From assembly GCF_036321535.1 (NCBI RefSeq), contig NC_087447.1:51400001-51464000 (forward strand): DNA of 64,000 bases, read 5' to 3'. The DNA comes from Camelus dromedarius (Eukaryota). A program made the translations under genes and the position numbers. Of this stretch, positions 61,831 to 64,000 are shown in pieces. Under the pieces are notes generated by a model, which had not been told where the DNA came from, did not search any database, and worked only from the letters and a program-made list of their open reading frames with translations. Numbering within the stretch: the first letter of the stretch is position 1; every line of letters starts with the position of its first letter.

Positions 61831-64000
61831 AATCACCAGCTAGATTTTCGGGTTCCTTTACATCCTAGATGATACTGGAAAATATATGTAAGTAAGTGCA
61901 AGATAGAGCAGAACAATGAATGACCTTCCTGAGTTGAGCTGCTAGACCACTCTCTTTCCTTCTCTATCGTTTACCAAGACTTAATAGATTCTACCTTCCA
62001 AAGAGCTCTCACATCCACTCTCTTCTTTCCATACATACTGCCAAAACCTTAATTTAGGCCTCTTTATCGTTCCATTGGATTACACCTTTCTTTCACATAA
62101 TCCATAGGCCTCCACTCACTGCCATTCTTTCTAGGTACTTAATGTTACAGTGAGGCTAAGCTATTAGTAATTTCCTTACAAGTGTCTGCTCATTCTGCAG
62201 GTCTCAGACCAACTGTTTTAGGTTGACAGTAACAAGAGGTCACAAACAGATGCCCATGCTGACTGATCTGTAGTAGCAGTGTAGTCTGCTAAATCTAGGC
62301 TTCGCAGGAAAAGCTGAGACTGATGTCTGCTATAAGCCAAGGAACAAGGCCTAACAGATGCTGGATATTTGCTCTGGATTTAAACAGAATTTTATATTAA
62401 TTATTTTTCACTGACTTCAAGAGAAAAAGAAAAAGCTCTCTGTAATACATATACACAACGGTGCCACTAACAGAGATAAAAGATCAAGAGCCATGTTAGA
62501 AGGAAGATAAAAATTCCATCAGAAAACTAGCTAATGTAACCAATGAATGGAATTAAGAAGTAGGTGGAGAGTTAAGCTTATTAGCAGCCAAGTGAAATAA
62601 CACTGAAACTGTTTAAGTGATTCATTCATTTAATACTGATGCATAAAAAAATGGGGAAAAAAGCATTCAAGATGATTACAATCTACACAAAGACAAATAG
62701 GAGTAGCAATATTACTGGTATTTCAAAGCACTGAATTTACAAAGCCCTAGGTTTGAATGCTGGCTCTGCCATTTCTACCAATGTGAGACTGGTCCAGTTA
62801 TTTAGTTTCTCAAAAATCAATTTTTGTGTGCATAAAGTTAAGACTAATGCCTATTTCAAAAGTGAGCTCTATAAGGAAAGTATTAAACACAATGCCTGGT
62901 ATATAGTGAACATTCAATATAAAAACCATACAAAACCGTAGTTTCTATAGTGGAGTTACATAGAAATTCACAAAGGATCATCTTCCTGAGAGGACGGCCT
63001 CAGGAAGAAAGCTAATACTTGAGGTGAGATCTAAAGGATAAATGTTCACCAGGAAAATAATTTGGTGGGAAGGCACTGTAGGCAGAAGAGACAGTATATG
63101 CAAAAACTCTGAGGAATGAAAGAAAACATGTTCTGTGAATGACACAGAATATGAGTCAAGTAGTACCGTACACAGTAGAGAATGCCATTAGATGTGGCTG
63201 AAGTGGCTAAAGCCTTAAGAGCACTGAATGCTATGTCAGAGTTCAGATTTTTAAGTGAAAGAGAAACACTAAATAACTCTTAAAGTTACTTTTTGTATGT
63301 TACTTTTAAATCTTTGTCTTCAAAAGGTCACTCCTGTCCCAGTGAGAAGGTACAAGAAGGGTGCAAGACTAAAAGCTTCCGAGCCTAGTTTCCTGACCAA
63401 TCAGAAGGTGAAGGTTCAGGCGAGAAATGATAAAGGCCCATATCAGGCCATGGCAATAGGGGTGAACAGAAGACAAATCTGACAAACAAATAGGAGGAAA
63501 AACCAACAGAACCTGGCTATTGTTTGGATACGAGGAAGAGAAGGGCTTTAGGACAATGCCAGAATCATGGCTTGGGTTCACAATGTTGGTGGTAATGTGA
63601 ATACATCATGGATTCAGATATGTATAAGAGGACTGAGGAAAGAAGAAAATTAATTTGGCTTTTGACATGCTGAGTTTAATTTGCTTATGAGATGCCAGTT
63701 CAGTAGGCAGTCAGTTGTATATTAAGGGAGACATCTGTAATCTGGTGTAAAAGCTACAGCTAGAGCTTTGGGAGTCAACATTTGTAAAACTTTTTCTAGT
63801 AATAAACTCTCAAGGAAACTTTCTGCTTAGACTCCATACAAATACATTTGTTCAATCACCCAATGTGCTTGGAACTGGGAAAATGTTGGTCAAAAGGGAG
63901 ACATAGTTCCAATCTGCTTATGAACCAGTAGACAACTAATATGAGAGATGATTAAAAACAGACAAAAGCAGTTCTATAGCTGGTACAGATGTATTCTTTG

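Noticed and set aside
62160..62400. Non-repeat, moderately GC-rich segment with a possible minus-strand donor (CTT|gtaagg) as a hidden exon
   Set aside because: No convincing acceptor or RSF1-like peptide. It cannot be supported without RNA or conservation data.

Overview
This window is mammalian genomic DNA, not microbial. It holds the middle of RSF1 (remodeling and spacing factor 1/HBXAP, the accessory subunit of the SNF2H-containing RSF chromatin remodeler) on the minus strand. Thirteen coding exons (42981 down to 1331, probably exons 3-15) have GT-AG boundaries with compatible phases and give 3463 nt of open frame. They include the WHIM-type N-terminal region, a 1766-nt acidic exon, the PHD finger and the acidic/basic C-terminal region. 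The first two exons and the last exon lie outside the window. The introns are largely transposon-derived: eight copies of a short tRNA-derived SINE that points to a camelid host (inference), a decayed near-full-length L1 (54.7-61.4 kb), many older L1/L2/MIR/DNA-transposon fragments, and four same-orientation ERV solo LTRs just upstream of exon 3. I found no convincing new biological system. The most notable local observations are: an exon junction that regenerates its own 5' splice site; an antisense LTR cluster with promoter motifs; an 82-bp locally copied insert inside the L1; a ~570-bp purine microsatellite that arose inside L1 ORF2; and a probable L1 3' transduction. Repeat family names and exon numbers come from recognition and memory, not from a database search. 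Old-repeat boundaries are approximate.
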